Positions 25,012-37,633 of a stretch of DNA of 64,000 bases are shown one piece after another. The notes below the pieces were generated by a model. That model made no database searches. It was not told the DNA's origin and was given only the letters and a program-made list of their open reading frames with translations. The translations under genes were made by a program, and so were the position numbers. The first letter of the stretch is position 1. Each line of letters starts with the position of its first letter. The DNA comes from Carcharhinus amblyrhynchos (lineage: Eukaryota): positions 4,278,001-4,342,000 of the forward strand of contig OZ336883.1 in NCBI GenBank assembly GCA_965287045.1, written 5' to 3'.

Positions 25012-25809
25012 CTAAGAAAAGAAACACATTTATTGAGGTCATTTTTGCTGGTGAAATAGAAAAGTATTTTCTTCCCAGCCAAATATTCACCATCACTTCA
25101 AGTTCCTCTCTAAGTAACAACCAATCCTACCTTGGACATAGGTTATCTATTCTGTCACTGTGAATAGGCCAAAATCATGGAACTTCCTCCCAAGCAACAT
25201 TGTGAGAGCAGCTTCATCACATGCATTGTAGTGGCTCGAGAAAGCAACATAGCACTTCTTTCTCATGGTTAACTAGGGCTGGACAATAAAGGCCAGTCTT
25301 GTCAACAATGCATTCATCCTGAATTTTATTTATAATTTTTTAAAAAATCAGTAAAGGGTTCTAGATTACTGGACCATGAAAGAAGGAAAATTGCAAAGTT
25401 CTTTACAACCTATGAATGAATGTTGAAGTGCAGGTACTATTTTGAAGGAAATCTTTAACTCACTTATTGATCAAAATTCTTTTTCAGCCTTGCATATATT
25501 CAATGATTGAACTCGCTTTGTTATCTATGGAAAAAATTCCAAAGACTAATGACCTCTAGTGAAAGAATTCCTTCTCATTGTCTTCTAAGACCGCAAAATA
25601 CTACAAAGGGTCATGAATGAAACCCAGTCCATTACGCAAACTAGTCTCCCATCCATTGACTCTTTCTGCACTTCCCACTGCCTTGGAAAAGTGGCCAGCA
25701 TAATTAATGCTCTACATGTATGGTATGCTTTCTCTATATAGCACACAAGAAACGATATTTTTCACTGTATACTAATACATGTGACAATAATAAATCATAT
25801 CAAATCTCA

Positions 25810-26660
25810 TATATGAGACCCCAGTTTTTAAACTGTGCCCTCTGTTTCTAAATTTCCCCCATGAGAAGAAATATCCTTCCACCATCTACCCACTCAGAAT
25901 TTAATGTTTCAATAAGGCCATCTTCATTCTCCTATGAGTATTGGCCCAATCTGCCTTTCCTCATAAAAGTCCCTTCATCCCTGGAGTCAGCAGGGTGTAC
26001 ATTCTATGAATTGGCTTCAATGCAGGTGTATCCCTCCTTCAGTGAGGGCAAATTTGTACACAGAACTCAGTACAGTTTTGCCAATGCCCTAAACTGGCAT
26101 GACTTTCTTACTTTTAATCCCCCTTGCTATAAAGACTAGCATTTCATCTGGCTTCCTAATTACTTGCTGTACTTGCATGCTAACCTTTTTTGTTTAATGT
26201 ACAAAGATAACCAGGTGTCTCCTGTACAGCAGGATCCTGCAGTCTCCCTCTAGTTAAATAATCAGCTTTTCTATTCTTCCTGCCATAGTGGACAATATCA
26301 CATTTTCTCATATTATACTCCGTCCAACAATTTTTGCCCACTCACATCCCTTTACAGATTCTTTATATTGACCTCACAACTTGATTTCCTATCTATCTTT
26401 ATATCATCAGCAAATTTTGCTAGATTCCTTTCTCCAAGTCATTAATATAGATCTTAAATAGTTGAGGCCCTAGTGGAACTCCACTAATTACAGTTTGCCA
26501 TTCTGAAAATAACCCAGTTATGCCAATTCTGTTAGTTAGCCAATCTCCATGCTAATATCACCAAGAATTGTGCAATAACTTTTACCTGCCAGCTTACTGA
26601 AAGCCTTTTAAAAATCCAAATACACTGCATCTACTATTTCCCCTTTATTCACCCTGCTCC
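25810..26660 (-). mobile_element. Decayed CR1 RT fragment
   Basis: Recognisable CR1 RT-region nucleotide motifs (tcatcagcaaat, aagcctttt..aaatccaaatacac). Confidence 0.75.
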
Positions 26661-29169
26661 TGAAAGGAATACCTCCCCAGATTTTAAAGTCAGCAGTTGA
26701 TTAATTTGTTCCAATACTGAACAATCTCTTTCAAGGGTCAATGAAATATTACACTGAACCTTAATCTGCTTTCATCAGTGGATGTATAAAACCTCATAGA
26801 ATCACAATTCAAAGAAGAGTAGGGGAATTCTCTGTTATTCTAGCCAATATTTATCCTTTAATAGCACTAAAGTAGAATATCTGGTCATTTATCTCACTTT
26901 TGATGGGTGGAATCTTTTTATGTACACTCTAGCCGCTCTCTTTGCCATGTAACAATGATAATTGTACTTTATCAGCCACAAAATACTTTCGAACAGGTTG
27001 TGAAAGTAGCTGAATAAATGCAAGGTTCTATTTTCTTTCTAGCGAGACAGCCTGTGTCACTTACTGTCCAAATTCACACATGAAGAATTGCCATGTCCAT
27101 TAACAGTTATGGGATCAGACTCCAAGGAAGAGAATAGAAAGAGGAGCTGGAAGTGCCTCTGTGAATTTTCACATCATCGGATGAGTACATATTCCCTGAT
27201 TGGAGTTCCAATGCAGTAGTTAATGCTGCATTGTCAAAGCTGTCATCCATTGGATAAAATGTTTAACACTAAGTAGTAAACCACAGGTGTCCAATCATGC
27301 TTTCCACTGGTAGCAGAAGCAGATTAAAACAGAAAAGGTTTGCATCTCTATATCATTTTTCACAACCTAAGGACATCCTATTGTATTTACAGACAATGAA
27401 GTACTTCTGAAGTGCAGTCACTATTGCAATGTGGGGAGTACAGAGCCAATTTGCACAGTAAGATCCACAATTTGCACAAACAACAATGAGATAATGACCT
27501 GATAACCTGTCTTTAAGTGATATTAATTGACAAATAAAATGTTGGCTATTGGGGAGAAATCCTCCTGCTCACCTTCCAATAGTACTTCATCCTTCATGTC
27601 CACCTGAGAGTAAAGGCAAGGTTTTAACATGTCTCTAAAAGGTCATGAGCAGAATTTCCTCAAAAACATTCTAAATGGTAAGTTTTCTCTCCAGTTTTTT
27701 CAGTGAGCTAAGTAATTGGAATTTGCAGCACTCTGCGAAAAAGGAGCCATAATGTGATTCTCATTATTTGGGGGGATGTGGAGTTTCAGCTCACATGAGA
27801 AGCTGGCTGCTGAGCTCTAGATGCACCATTGCAGAGGCACCCCTCTCATGAACATCGCACCCCCCCAACACACCTTCCAATCGCCATCTTAGTCATCAAC
27901 CCCCACCCCCCCCTCCCACCGATTGCTACCTTGGCCGATTGCCATCCCATCACACCCCAATCACCACCTTGGCTAATTGATTGGCACGGCCCCATACTTC
28001 CAAATTACAGTGCTTTGGCAATCCTGCCCCTCTAACCCCACCCCCAGTACTGTTGCACTCTGTCTGTTCTGTACCTCCATTGGTGCAATGCTCCTTCAGG
28101 ATTGCACCCCCACCACATACACTCACATGCCCTCACCCCATCCCATCTAACTGTTTTGGCAATGTACCTTCTACTTAGTACTGTATTACTGCTACTGAAT
28201 GCTTTAAAACCTGACATGTTACTTACCTGCGGACATAATGCTGATTCTCAGTTAATGGTCACCAGATGCTTGTTTAGAGGTAGTTTGACATTCTCACACA
28301 AGCAGACATTTTGAATAAAACTCCTTATTGTGTGACAGCATGAATAGAAGCAGTGGATTTTGGGTAGGATGGATGATGTCATGAAAATGTAACTTTGTGA
28401 GGTCATATGGGAGCGTTCTGTAAAATGGGGCTTCCAGGGGAGCCTTCAAATGAGCATTCAGTTAAAGTTAGCGATAGGATAACAAAAGATACGTGCTTGT
28501 TGAACTATTTCTTTATGACCTCCACACTTCACTCCTCACATCACCACACCTCTCTCCTAGAGACTCCGAACTCCTCAGCCAGTGTTTGCACTAGGTCCCT
28601 TTTAGCTCATCCTTGAATGAAAAGAGATCAAACTTGTTATCCTGCCTGTGTTGCCCATGAAATGAGCTTAAAGTCACACATGCAACATGGCCAATTGGGG
28701 TTTCAATCCTCTCAGCTATCTCCATTATTGTCAATGGGTAAGCTGCCAATCAACGGCTTCACCTGCCAACCAAAGTATCGGGCAAGTGCTTGATGATATT
28801 GGGATGCACACCCTATGTTACCATGTGTAACTTTTTGCTCTTCTGGGTCGGGCGCCCATCCACCCGATAAACATGCAATTCTACCATGCATTCTTGGTCC
28901 AGTTAAGTTTCTGATCGACTGAAGTTATTTTTAATCCGAACAAACAGTAAATTTTAGTCAAATACAACATGAAATCAAAACTACAGTAATACTCCCTCAA
29001 TCACTCACCAAACTCCCAGCTGCTCACTCTGCAAAATTGCATTCAGTCAAGGTGGTGGTGCAGGGTGAAGGAGAACAATCAGTGATTCCCCATGGATCTC
29101 CTGGTTGTTATCAGACCCCTCTCGTTCCAGGTCCGAGGGCTCCCGCTCCCTCCCATGACAATGGGGCCT

Positions 29170-29745
29170 ACTCCATCTCTTTGCTTGTGGCCTCATCTCC
29201 AACACTTGTAGGGTCTGGTTAGGTTGTGCATCACAGGTCGGTGAACACTTCTATCATGCAGAGTGCCGAAGAGTCAGTACAGGAGGCTCAACCTCAGTGG
29301 TGACCCTTGGACTAGGTTTCCACTGCCACTGTCTCCACACCTGAGCCAGAATCATCAGCATCCGGAGGTCTGGCTCTTGAGTTTTTAGTGGGCAGAATGT
29401 CCCATTCGCAGACAGGTGTGAAAAATGCTAATAGTGGCATGCCCATAGAATCCATTGCCTCTGTGGAGGGCTCCCTGTGAAGGAGGTGATTGATGTGCTT
29501 TTTGAAGGTCTACCCCTGATTTGCACTTTATACGACACTGCTTTTTCGAGAATAACTCCCGGAATCCACAGAGAGCTATTTCCAAAGTTCCTCATGTGGA
29601 CTTTATCTCCCAGCCTGAAGACTCTATTTGGTCTTTGATTATCATGGCCCCTTTTCTGAGCTTCATGCTGATCTTTAAAGCACCACAGCAGTCAGAAAGA
29701 TGGTCTTTTGCTGGTCATCCCCTTTTATCCTGTTGGCCTGAAAGA
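29170..29745 (-). mobile_element. Internally deleted Gypsy LTR-retrotransposon remnant
   Basis: Gag-like ANRIKGDDQQKTIFLTAV is joined to the integrase C-terminal region QKRGHDNQRPNRVFRLGDKVHMRNFGNSSLWIPGVILEK. Confidence 0.65.
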
Positions 29746-29779
29746 AATTACATCCTTCTTAAATAAGGTATATGTAAAT

Positions 29780-30400
29780 GCTATCATCAGTACTCCAGGT
29801 GTGTCACACTAGTGCTCCGTACACTAAGCATAACTTTTCTTATTCTTGTATTCAATTCGTCTTGCTACAAATTTCATTTTATTAGCTTTCCTAATTATTT
29901 GTTGTAACCGCATACTAGCCTTTTGTGATTCATGTGTTAGGACACTCAGATCGCTCTGCACCTCAGAGTTCTGCATCTTTCACCATTTAGGTAATGTTTC
30001 ATTTTTACCGATCCTGCCAAAATGGACAAATTCACATCTTTCCTTCAATTCGTGCCAAAATGTTACCCCCATATTATAAACATTCATTTTCCATAGTAAC
30101 CTTTGATGTGGCATTTTTTCAAATGTGTTTTGGAAATCTGAGTACAGCACATTCTTTATCCACAGCACATGTTCCTTCCTGAAAGAAGAACAATAGGCTG
30201 GTTAAGTATAATTTCCCGTTTGCTAGACTATATTGCCTCTGCCTGATTACCTTAAACTTATTCAAATGGCCTGCTATAACTTCTTTAATAATTGCTTCTA
30301 ATTTTCCTGATGACAGATGTTAAGTGAACTGGCCTGTGGTTTACCCATTTCCATTTTGGGTAATGGAGTTAAATTTGCTATCTTCCAATTTAATGGAAGT
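29780..30400 (-). mobile_element. Decayed CR1 fragment
   Basis: YSDFQNTFEKMPHQRLLWK, CEFVHFGR and (N)HRPVHLTSV-like motifs. Confidence 0.75.
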
Positions 30401-31629
30401 GCTAAGAGCCACCATTTTGTTCCTGAGGAAAACAATGTGTTTTGCTTGGTAGCACAGAAATTGTCTGTGAGGCTGCAAATACCTCATATGACCCCATCTC
30501 TACAGCTTTTTGGATCACTTTTTTATATTTCGAACCTCAGAGTTCAAATAGCTGATTTAATACCAACTAGAAAGAACTTCAGCAGCTTGTGGTTGTGGGG
30601 TTGGCCTTGACGAGATGTTCATCTTCATTGATAACATGTTGAAGGCCTCGAAGAGGATGTCATAGTTTCTCTGCTCCGGGAAATTTTCCTCCCACTGTCA
30701 GCTCATCACGGATTACTCTCCAGAATCGGTTGCATTCTTGGACACACACATCTCCATCAAGAATGGTCACACAGCACTTCACTCTACTGCAAGCCCACGG
30801 ATAATCTCACGGTACTCCACTTCTCCAGCTTCCACCCTAAACACTTTAAGGAAGCCATCCCCTATGGACAAGTCCTCTATATACACAGGATCTGCTTAGA
30901 TGAGGAAGAATGCAATAGATGTCTACAGATGGCTTCCTTAAAGAGTTTAGGGTGGAAGCTGGAGAAGTGGAGTACCGTGAGATTATCCGTGGGCTTGCAG
31001 TAGAGTGAAGTGCTGTGTGACCATTCTTGATGGAGATGTGTGTGTCCAAGAATGCAACCGATTCTGGAGAGTAATCCGTGATGAGCTGACAGTGGGAGGA
31101 AAATTTCCCGGAGCAGAGAAACTATGACATCCTCTTCGAGGCCTTCAACATGTTATCAATGAAGATGAACATCTCGTCAAGGCCAACCCCACAACCACAA
31201 GCTGCTGAAGTTCTTTCTAGTTGGTATTAAATCAGCTATTTGAACTCTGAGGTTCGAAATATAAAAAAGTGATCCAAAAAGCTGTAGAGATGGGGTCATA
31301 TGAGGTATTTGCAGCCTCACAGACAATTTCTGTGCTACCAAGCAAAACACATTGTTTTCCTCAGGAACAAAATGGTGGCTCTTAGCACTTCCATTAAATT
31401 GGAAGATAGCAAATTTAACTCCATTACCCAAAATGGAAATGGGTAAACCACAGGCCAGTTCACTTAACATCTGTCATCAGGAAAATTAGAAGCAATTATT
31501 AAAGAAGTTATAGCAGGCCATTTGAATAAGTTTAAGGTAATCAGGCAGAGGCAATATAGTCTAGCAAACGGGAAATTATACTTAACCAGCCTATTGTTCT
31601 TCTTTCAGGAAGTAACATGTGCTGTGGAT
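30158..31629. repeat. 1472-bp palindrome: 702-bp arms and a 68-bp spacer
   Basis: 30158-30859 is the reverse complement of 30928-31629; identical 97-aa ORFs on both strands; only 2 mismatches seen. Confidence 0.97.
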
Positions 31630-32805
31630 CTGCTTAGATGAGGAAAAATGCAATAGACATCTACAGATGCTGAAAGACACCCTCATAAGAACGGGATATG
31701 ACTCATCGATCAACAGTTCCAACACGTCACAATAAAAAACTGCACCATCCTCCTCAGAAGACAAACACAGAATATGACTGACAGAGTGCCCTTTGTCGTC
31801 CTGTACTTCCTCAGAGCAGGCAAACTACAACATCTCCTTCAGAGCCTTCAACATGTCATTGATCAAGATGAACATCTCGCCAAAGTCATCCTCACACCGC
31901 ACTACTTGTCTTCAAACAACTGCGTAACCTCAAGCAGACCACTGTTTGCAGCAAACTACCAAGCCTTCAGGAGAACAGTGACCACCACATTACACAACTG
32001 TGCCATGGCAACCTCTGCAAGGCATGCTGGATCATCGACATGGATATCACCATCACACGTGAGAGCACCATCCACGAGGTACACAGTACATTTCATGGGG
32101 TGGGATAGCTTGATCTTGGGTTCGGATGTAGGTTGGCACAACTTCGAGGGCCGAAGGGCCTGCACTGTGCTATATTGTTCTATGTTCTATGTAACTCAGC
32201 CAATGCTGTCTACCCGATATGCTGCAGGAAAGGATGTCCCGAAGCATGGTATATTGGCGAGACCATGCAGACAACAGATGAACGGACACAGAACAACAAT
32301 CACCAGGCAGGAGTGTTCCCTTCCTCGCGGGGAACACTTCAGCAGTCAAGGGCATTCAGCCTCCGATCTTCAGGTAAAATTCCAATTCTCCAAGACAGCC
32401 TTTAAGGCACATAACAACACAGAATTGCCGAGCAGAAACTGATAGCCAAGTTCTGCGTGCCTGAAGACAGTCTCAACTGAGAACTTGGGTTCATGTTACG
32501 CTATATGTAACCCTCACCATTTGGCCTGGGCTTGCAAAATCTCACTAACTGTCCTGGCTCGAGAGAATTCACACCTTTATAACCTGTGATTATCCCTTTC
32601 TCCACTTGCACTGTCTGTACCTGGAAAGACTTGATTATCTGAAAAGATTCACTTTCCAACCATTATTTTGTAATTGTGTCTTTGTCTATATATGCCGTTT
32701 TTGTGAAACCTGCCTCTCCACTCACCTGATGAAGGAGCAGTGTTCCGAAAACTCATGATTCCAAATAAACCTGTTGGACTTTAACCTGGTGTTGTGAGAC
32801 TTCTT
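30705..32805 (+). mobile_element. Penelope-like element (RT C-terminus, GIY-YIG endonuclease and pLTR), interrupted by the palindrome arm and a CR1 tail (about 32090-32190)
   Basis: SVAFLDTHISIKNG, KPTD, SSFHPKH..AIPYGQ..RIC, DRVPFVV, NAVY..C....WYIGET, MNGHR and EHF; terminus contains the CTGATGA...GAAA motif. Confidence 0.88.
32723..32757 (+). ncRNA. Minimal type I hammerhead ribozyme motif (Penelope-associated)
   Basis: cac-CTGATGA-a-ggagc agt gttcc-GAAA-actc-atg: core boxes intact, stem II paired, stems I and III degenerate. Confidence 0.65.
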
Positions 32806-33419
32806 GCCTTATTAGGTTTAATACATTTCTGCTCAGTATTGCTTTTTCTCTCTTTAATGCTACCTTTCTTTCCCTCTCTTTATTTCTCTCTCCATATCTG
32901 ATTTGATTCTGAATTGACTCTATTTCATCCTAATTCTCCATTGTTCCTCTTTCTAGTTCACAAATCTTTAATTTCACTGTTTAAAGAGGCAGAGTATTGA
33001 TTGACAAGACCCAATATGCCACATTGCCCTCACCATGGCATTATCCATATGCAGAAAATTGCAGGGCAAATAATTTTGAGCTGAAGATTAAGGTGAAATT
33101 TCACCAAATTAAACATGTCACAATACCCACTTCATCAAATATCAGACCATTGTAAAGAGAACTGGGAGTGCTGTTTTTACTTATTCACTGTACAATTACA
33201 CATGTACATCATTTACCTATCTAGCTAAACAAAGATGTTGTAGGAAAATGTGAATGCAAATCTGCAATGCTGATTAGAGACAGTTCCTGAGCTGTGATAA
33301 CAAACAAAAAGAATTTGTCTTCAGAGCAAAGACGGTTATGTGTACATTATAGACCCACACACCAAATTGTCAGCTTGACTCAGTCAGCAGATTGTATATT
33401 TAGCACACAATTTAAATGG

Positions 33420-35290
33420 AAATTATAGGAACAGAAGTAGACTATTCAGCAACTCATTACAGTTCGATTGGACATTCAAAATGCACATTTCATCCCCTTG
33501 CACATCATGAATCTATTTACCTCTGTTTTAAAAATATTCAAAGATCCTGCCTCCACTGTATTTTGACGAAGAGATTCCAAAAACACGTGACCCTCTGAGC
33601 GAAAAATGTTCTCCTCATCTCTTTCCTTATTTTTAGATGGACACCCTTGTTCCAGATTGCTCCACCCTGTCAAATCCCTTCAGGAAATTATATATTTCAA
33701 TTAAATTGCCTCTTACTATTCTAAACTCCAGTGGATACAAGCCCAGCCTATCCAGTCTTTCCTCACAAGACAACCTGCTCCTTCCAGGTATTTGTTCAGT
33801 GAATCTTCTCTGAATTGCTTCCAATGCATTTACATCCTTCTGTAAACAAGGAGACAAATATTGTACACAATTTTTCGAATTTGATCTCACCAATGTCCTG
33901 TATAGCTGAAACACAACCTCCCTACTCTTGTATTTAATTCTCTTTGCAATAAACAATAATATTCTATTTGTTTTCCTAATTACTTGCTGTACCTGCATAT
34001 TAACCTTTTCCAATTCATGCACTAGGACAACCAAATCCATCAGCATCCCAGATCTCTGTAATCTCTCAACATGTACATAATGTTGCTTCCTTCTTATTCT
34101 TCCTGGCAAAGTGGACAATTTCACATTTTCCATATTACATGCCACTTGCTTAACATTTGACACTTATCTAAGCTATCTATATACTTTTGTACCCTCCTTA
34201 TATCCTCTTTTTATCATTTACTACCTATCTATTTACTTTTCCACCTATCTATGTATTATTAGCAAATTTAGCAACCAACCCTTTGTTTCCTTCATCCAAA
34301 TTATGTATATAAACTGTAGTAAGTTGAGGCCCCATCACTGATCGTTGTGGCATGCTACTTGTTACATTTTGCCAACAAGGAAATTATCCATTTTTGCCCA
34401 CTTTATTTCTTGTTAGTTAGCCAATCTTCTATCCATGCCAGTGTGTTATCTTTTACACAATGAGCTTTCATTTTCCATAATTTTTAAGGCGGCACCTTAT
34501 CACATGCCTTCTGAAAGTCTAAGTATAGTGCATCCTCTGATTTCCATTTATCCACATTACATTATTTTTTCAAAGAATTCCAATAAATTGGTTAAACATT
34601 TAAAAAAAACAAATTGATTCTGTCTGATTACCTTAAATGTATATGTGTCCTGTTATACCATCTTTAATAATAGCTTCTAACATTTTACCGATGGCAACTG
34701 TGAAGCTAACTGGTCTATAGTATCCTGCTTTCTGTTTCCCTCCTTTTTGCACAAAAGGAATTATATTCACTATTTTCCAATCCAATGGAACTTCCTCCAA
34801 ATCTAGTGAATTTGGAAAATTAAAACCAATGTTGGACTGTTCTTTTAAGACCTAGAATGAAATCCATTGGAACCCAGGGACTTGTCAATCCGCAGTTCCA
34901 ATAATTTGCTAAATACTTCCTCCCCAATGATTATAATTTTTTTGGCTTCCTCCCTCCCTTCAAATTTATGACTTTCAGCTATTTCTGGATGTTACTTATG
35001 TCCTCTGTAGTGAAGAATGATGCAAAATACTTGTTCAATTCATCCGTCATCTATTTATTTTCCATTACTAATTCCCCAGACTCACTTTCTCTTGGAACAA
35101 CGCTCACTTTGTTAAATCTTTCCTATTTTACATATTTGTAGAAATTCTATTGTTTTTTATATTTCTACCTCTTTCTCTCATACTCTAATTTTTCCCTTAT
35201 TAATCTGTTAGTCATTTTTTCCCTTTTTTTATATTCTATCCTATTTTCTGTCCTGCCACCCACTTTTGCGCAATTATATGTTTTTCTACA
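33420..35290 (-). mobile_element. Old decayed CR1
   Basis: ORF 33633-34163 is RT-like; many stops and frameshifts. Confidence 0.8.
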
Positions 35291-35309
35291 AGTTTGATGT
35301 TCTTCTTTG

Positions 35310-35800
35310 GCAATCACTTGCAAACAAGTATGATTGTCCACTATCCTAAGAAACTCCATGCTATTGGACATGGGTTCTATGTGAGTTTGTGTTGCTGATG
35401 AGCTCCATCCTACAGCCAAATCTTCAACTGCGCATTTTGCAAGGGTTTCCAGGAGGGGGTTTGGTCCTTCCACTCTAGGTTGCTGGTATTCCTTTATCAG
35501 ACTCCTTTTCTGGGCCTCCTCTTGCCTTTGGGTGTTCTCAAAGAATTGTCTCCCTTCAATCAGAGAATTCCTCCACGTTGGTCTCTTCTGAGCAAAATTC
35601 TTCTAGATGTTGCATTTTTTGAGGTAAGCCTTGAGTGTCTTTGAAGCACTTCCTTTGTCCTCCTTTTGTTCCTTGAGCTCAGCAAAGATTTGCTTTGGCA
35701 ACTGGGACTCTGACATGCTAAGCACATGGCCAGCCATGCAGAGTTAGTTTCAGACGATCATGGCCTCCATGCTGGTGCTCTTCACTCCTTCAGGACTGTG
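35310..35800 (-). mobile_element. RTE-clade LINE 3' fragment
   Basis: Minus strand reads like the RTE ORF end (LHGWPCA..MSESQLPKQIF, GGQRKCFKDTQ). Confidence 0.55.
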
Positions 35801-37164
35801 ATACTACATATATTTCTGGTCACTGCACACAACAAAAATAAGATCACATTAGAGAAGAGACAGGGGTGATTTATGAGGATGTTGCCAGGAATAGATTATT
35901 TTAGCAATGAGGAAAGATTGGATAGGTTGATGTTGTTTTCCTTGAAACAGATGAGGCCGGTGGGACACTTAATTTATGGGTATAAAATTCCAGAAGTAGT
36001 AGATTTAAAATATTTGGCAGAAGAATTTGAGGGGATTGAGGAGAAATTATTTTCATTCTGAGAGTGGTCGTCGTCTTGAGCTCACTACCTGAAAGAATGA
36101 TAGAGATAAAGGTTCTTTCATATGCTGTCACATGCCAAGAGCTGCAAGTAGGATTAAGCTGGTTAGCTCTTTCTCAGCTGGCACAACCATGTGCCGAATA
36201 GCCTCCTTCTGTGCTGTAAATGTTTTGCGTTTCCATGCCTGGTAGAGGAGTCTCAAATCATAAAAATTCTGCACCAAGGGGTAAAAGTTTCTATATGAAC
36301 TGGACCAAATGCTGTAACTGTTCTTCTGGCATAGTTAAATCAATAAACTAATAATGGTTGATGCAGCCCAAACTGCCAGTATGGAAGGATGCTGAACTGA
36401 AGAGACTTGTATCATTGCCTATCATTCACTTTCATATGTTAAATGAACTCTGGGCTCACTGGTTGAGAGTAATTCTAATAAGGAAAAAGAGCAAAGAGTT
36501 CTATTTGTGCTTAGCTGAAACCCTACTTCTGAATGATTTGGACTTTCCAATGGCTCTGAAACAAATTCATTATGCCTTATATCAAGCAAATTCTATGTTG
36601 AAACTATGTGAAGAAGGACTGAATTCCCTATGAACAGAATTTTACAATGCCCAGGTGGGGATGCGCCCAACCCAGCAGCGCATGAAATCAGCGTGGCATG
36701 CAGACACTCAATGATCTCTGCCAGATCTTCCCACACATCCCCCTAGACATTCAGAATTTGCCACTTGACTAACAACTCCAGAGGCTCATCATCTGATTTG
36801 GACTAGGCATGAGCTGGTCTCCAGCAGAGTTTTAACTACCAATGCCCTGGGCAATCCCTTGCTTCACCAATTGAGCCGATACACTATTGCTTACTGAGGT
36901 GCCAGTATCTGCACTGCTGCTTGTCCTGAGAGGGTGTTCTGTAAGTGCATCTGCCATCGGTGTCTGTTAGTTTCAATGAAGGATCATCAGCCTCCAAGCT
37001 GGCTCTGGTGGATGGTTCTGAGGGATGAAAGCAATTGCTCACTACTGTTAAGTGTATCACACAGAGTCAATATTCATGATGTGTGGCCTGGTGCAAGTTG
37101 TCAATGGCATCACTAGCATTGGGGCGTCCCTGGTAAGGTAAATGGATATGGTACAATAATAATG

Positions 37165-37633
37165 GTTTTTTTTCTCTTTTTCATTCACAGGTTTTAAGTC
37201 TTGTGTCCAACGAGGGGCATACACACGATGGGTCGTACTTGGGCTGCTCTTGGTTGTTCGAGATTAGCCTAGTGCTTCATCTCGTTAGTGTGTGCTTAAA
37301 CTGTACCAGATACTGGGCAAGACGACAGCTCAGTGACTATCACTGATTGCTGTGCAGACACATGGATTTGGGCTGGTGTCTGTGGGAGTTTGCGCATTCC
37401 CCGTGCTTGCATGGGTTTTCTCCGGGTGCTCTGGTTTCCACCCACACCCCAAAGATGTGCTATTAGGCTGATTGGCAGTAATAAATTGTCCCTAAATTAG
37501 TTTCCCTCAATGTGGATGGCCATAAAACATTAGATAAGTGTCATGGGTGGAGGGGGGGACTGGTGGTGTTAAGATGGCAGCGCGGGCTCTTTGGGCCGAA
37601 GGGCCTGTTTCCCGGGCTGTTTTTGTTCTTTGT
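37165..37633 (+). mobile_element. Second copy of the splice-acceptor, structured region, SINE body and CR1 tail module
   Basis: Colinear with the reverse complement of 1706-2185. Confidence 0.85.

Noticed and set aside
29170-29745. Looked like another exon of the minus-strand gene (acceptor-like tttctttcag)
   Set aside because: The translation matches Gypsy gag and integrase-tail motifs.
30317-31470. Two identical 97-aa ORFs as duplicated genes
   Set aside because: They are a by-product of the palindrome, partly antisense CR1, with no recognisable domain.
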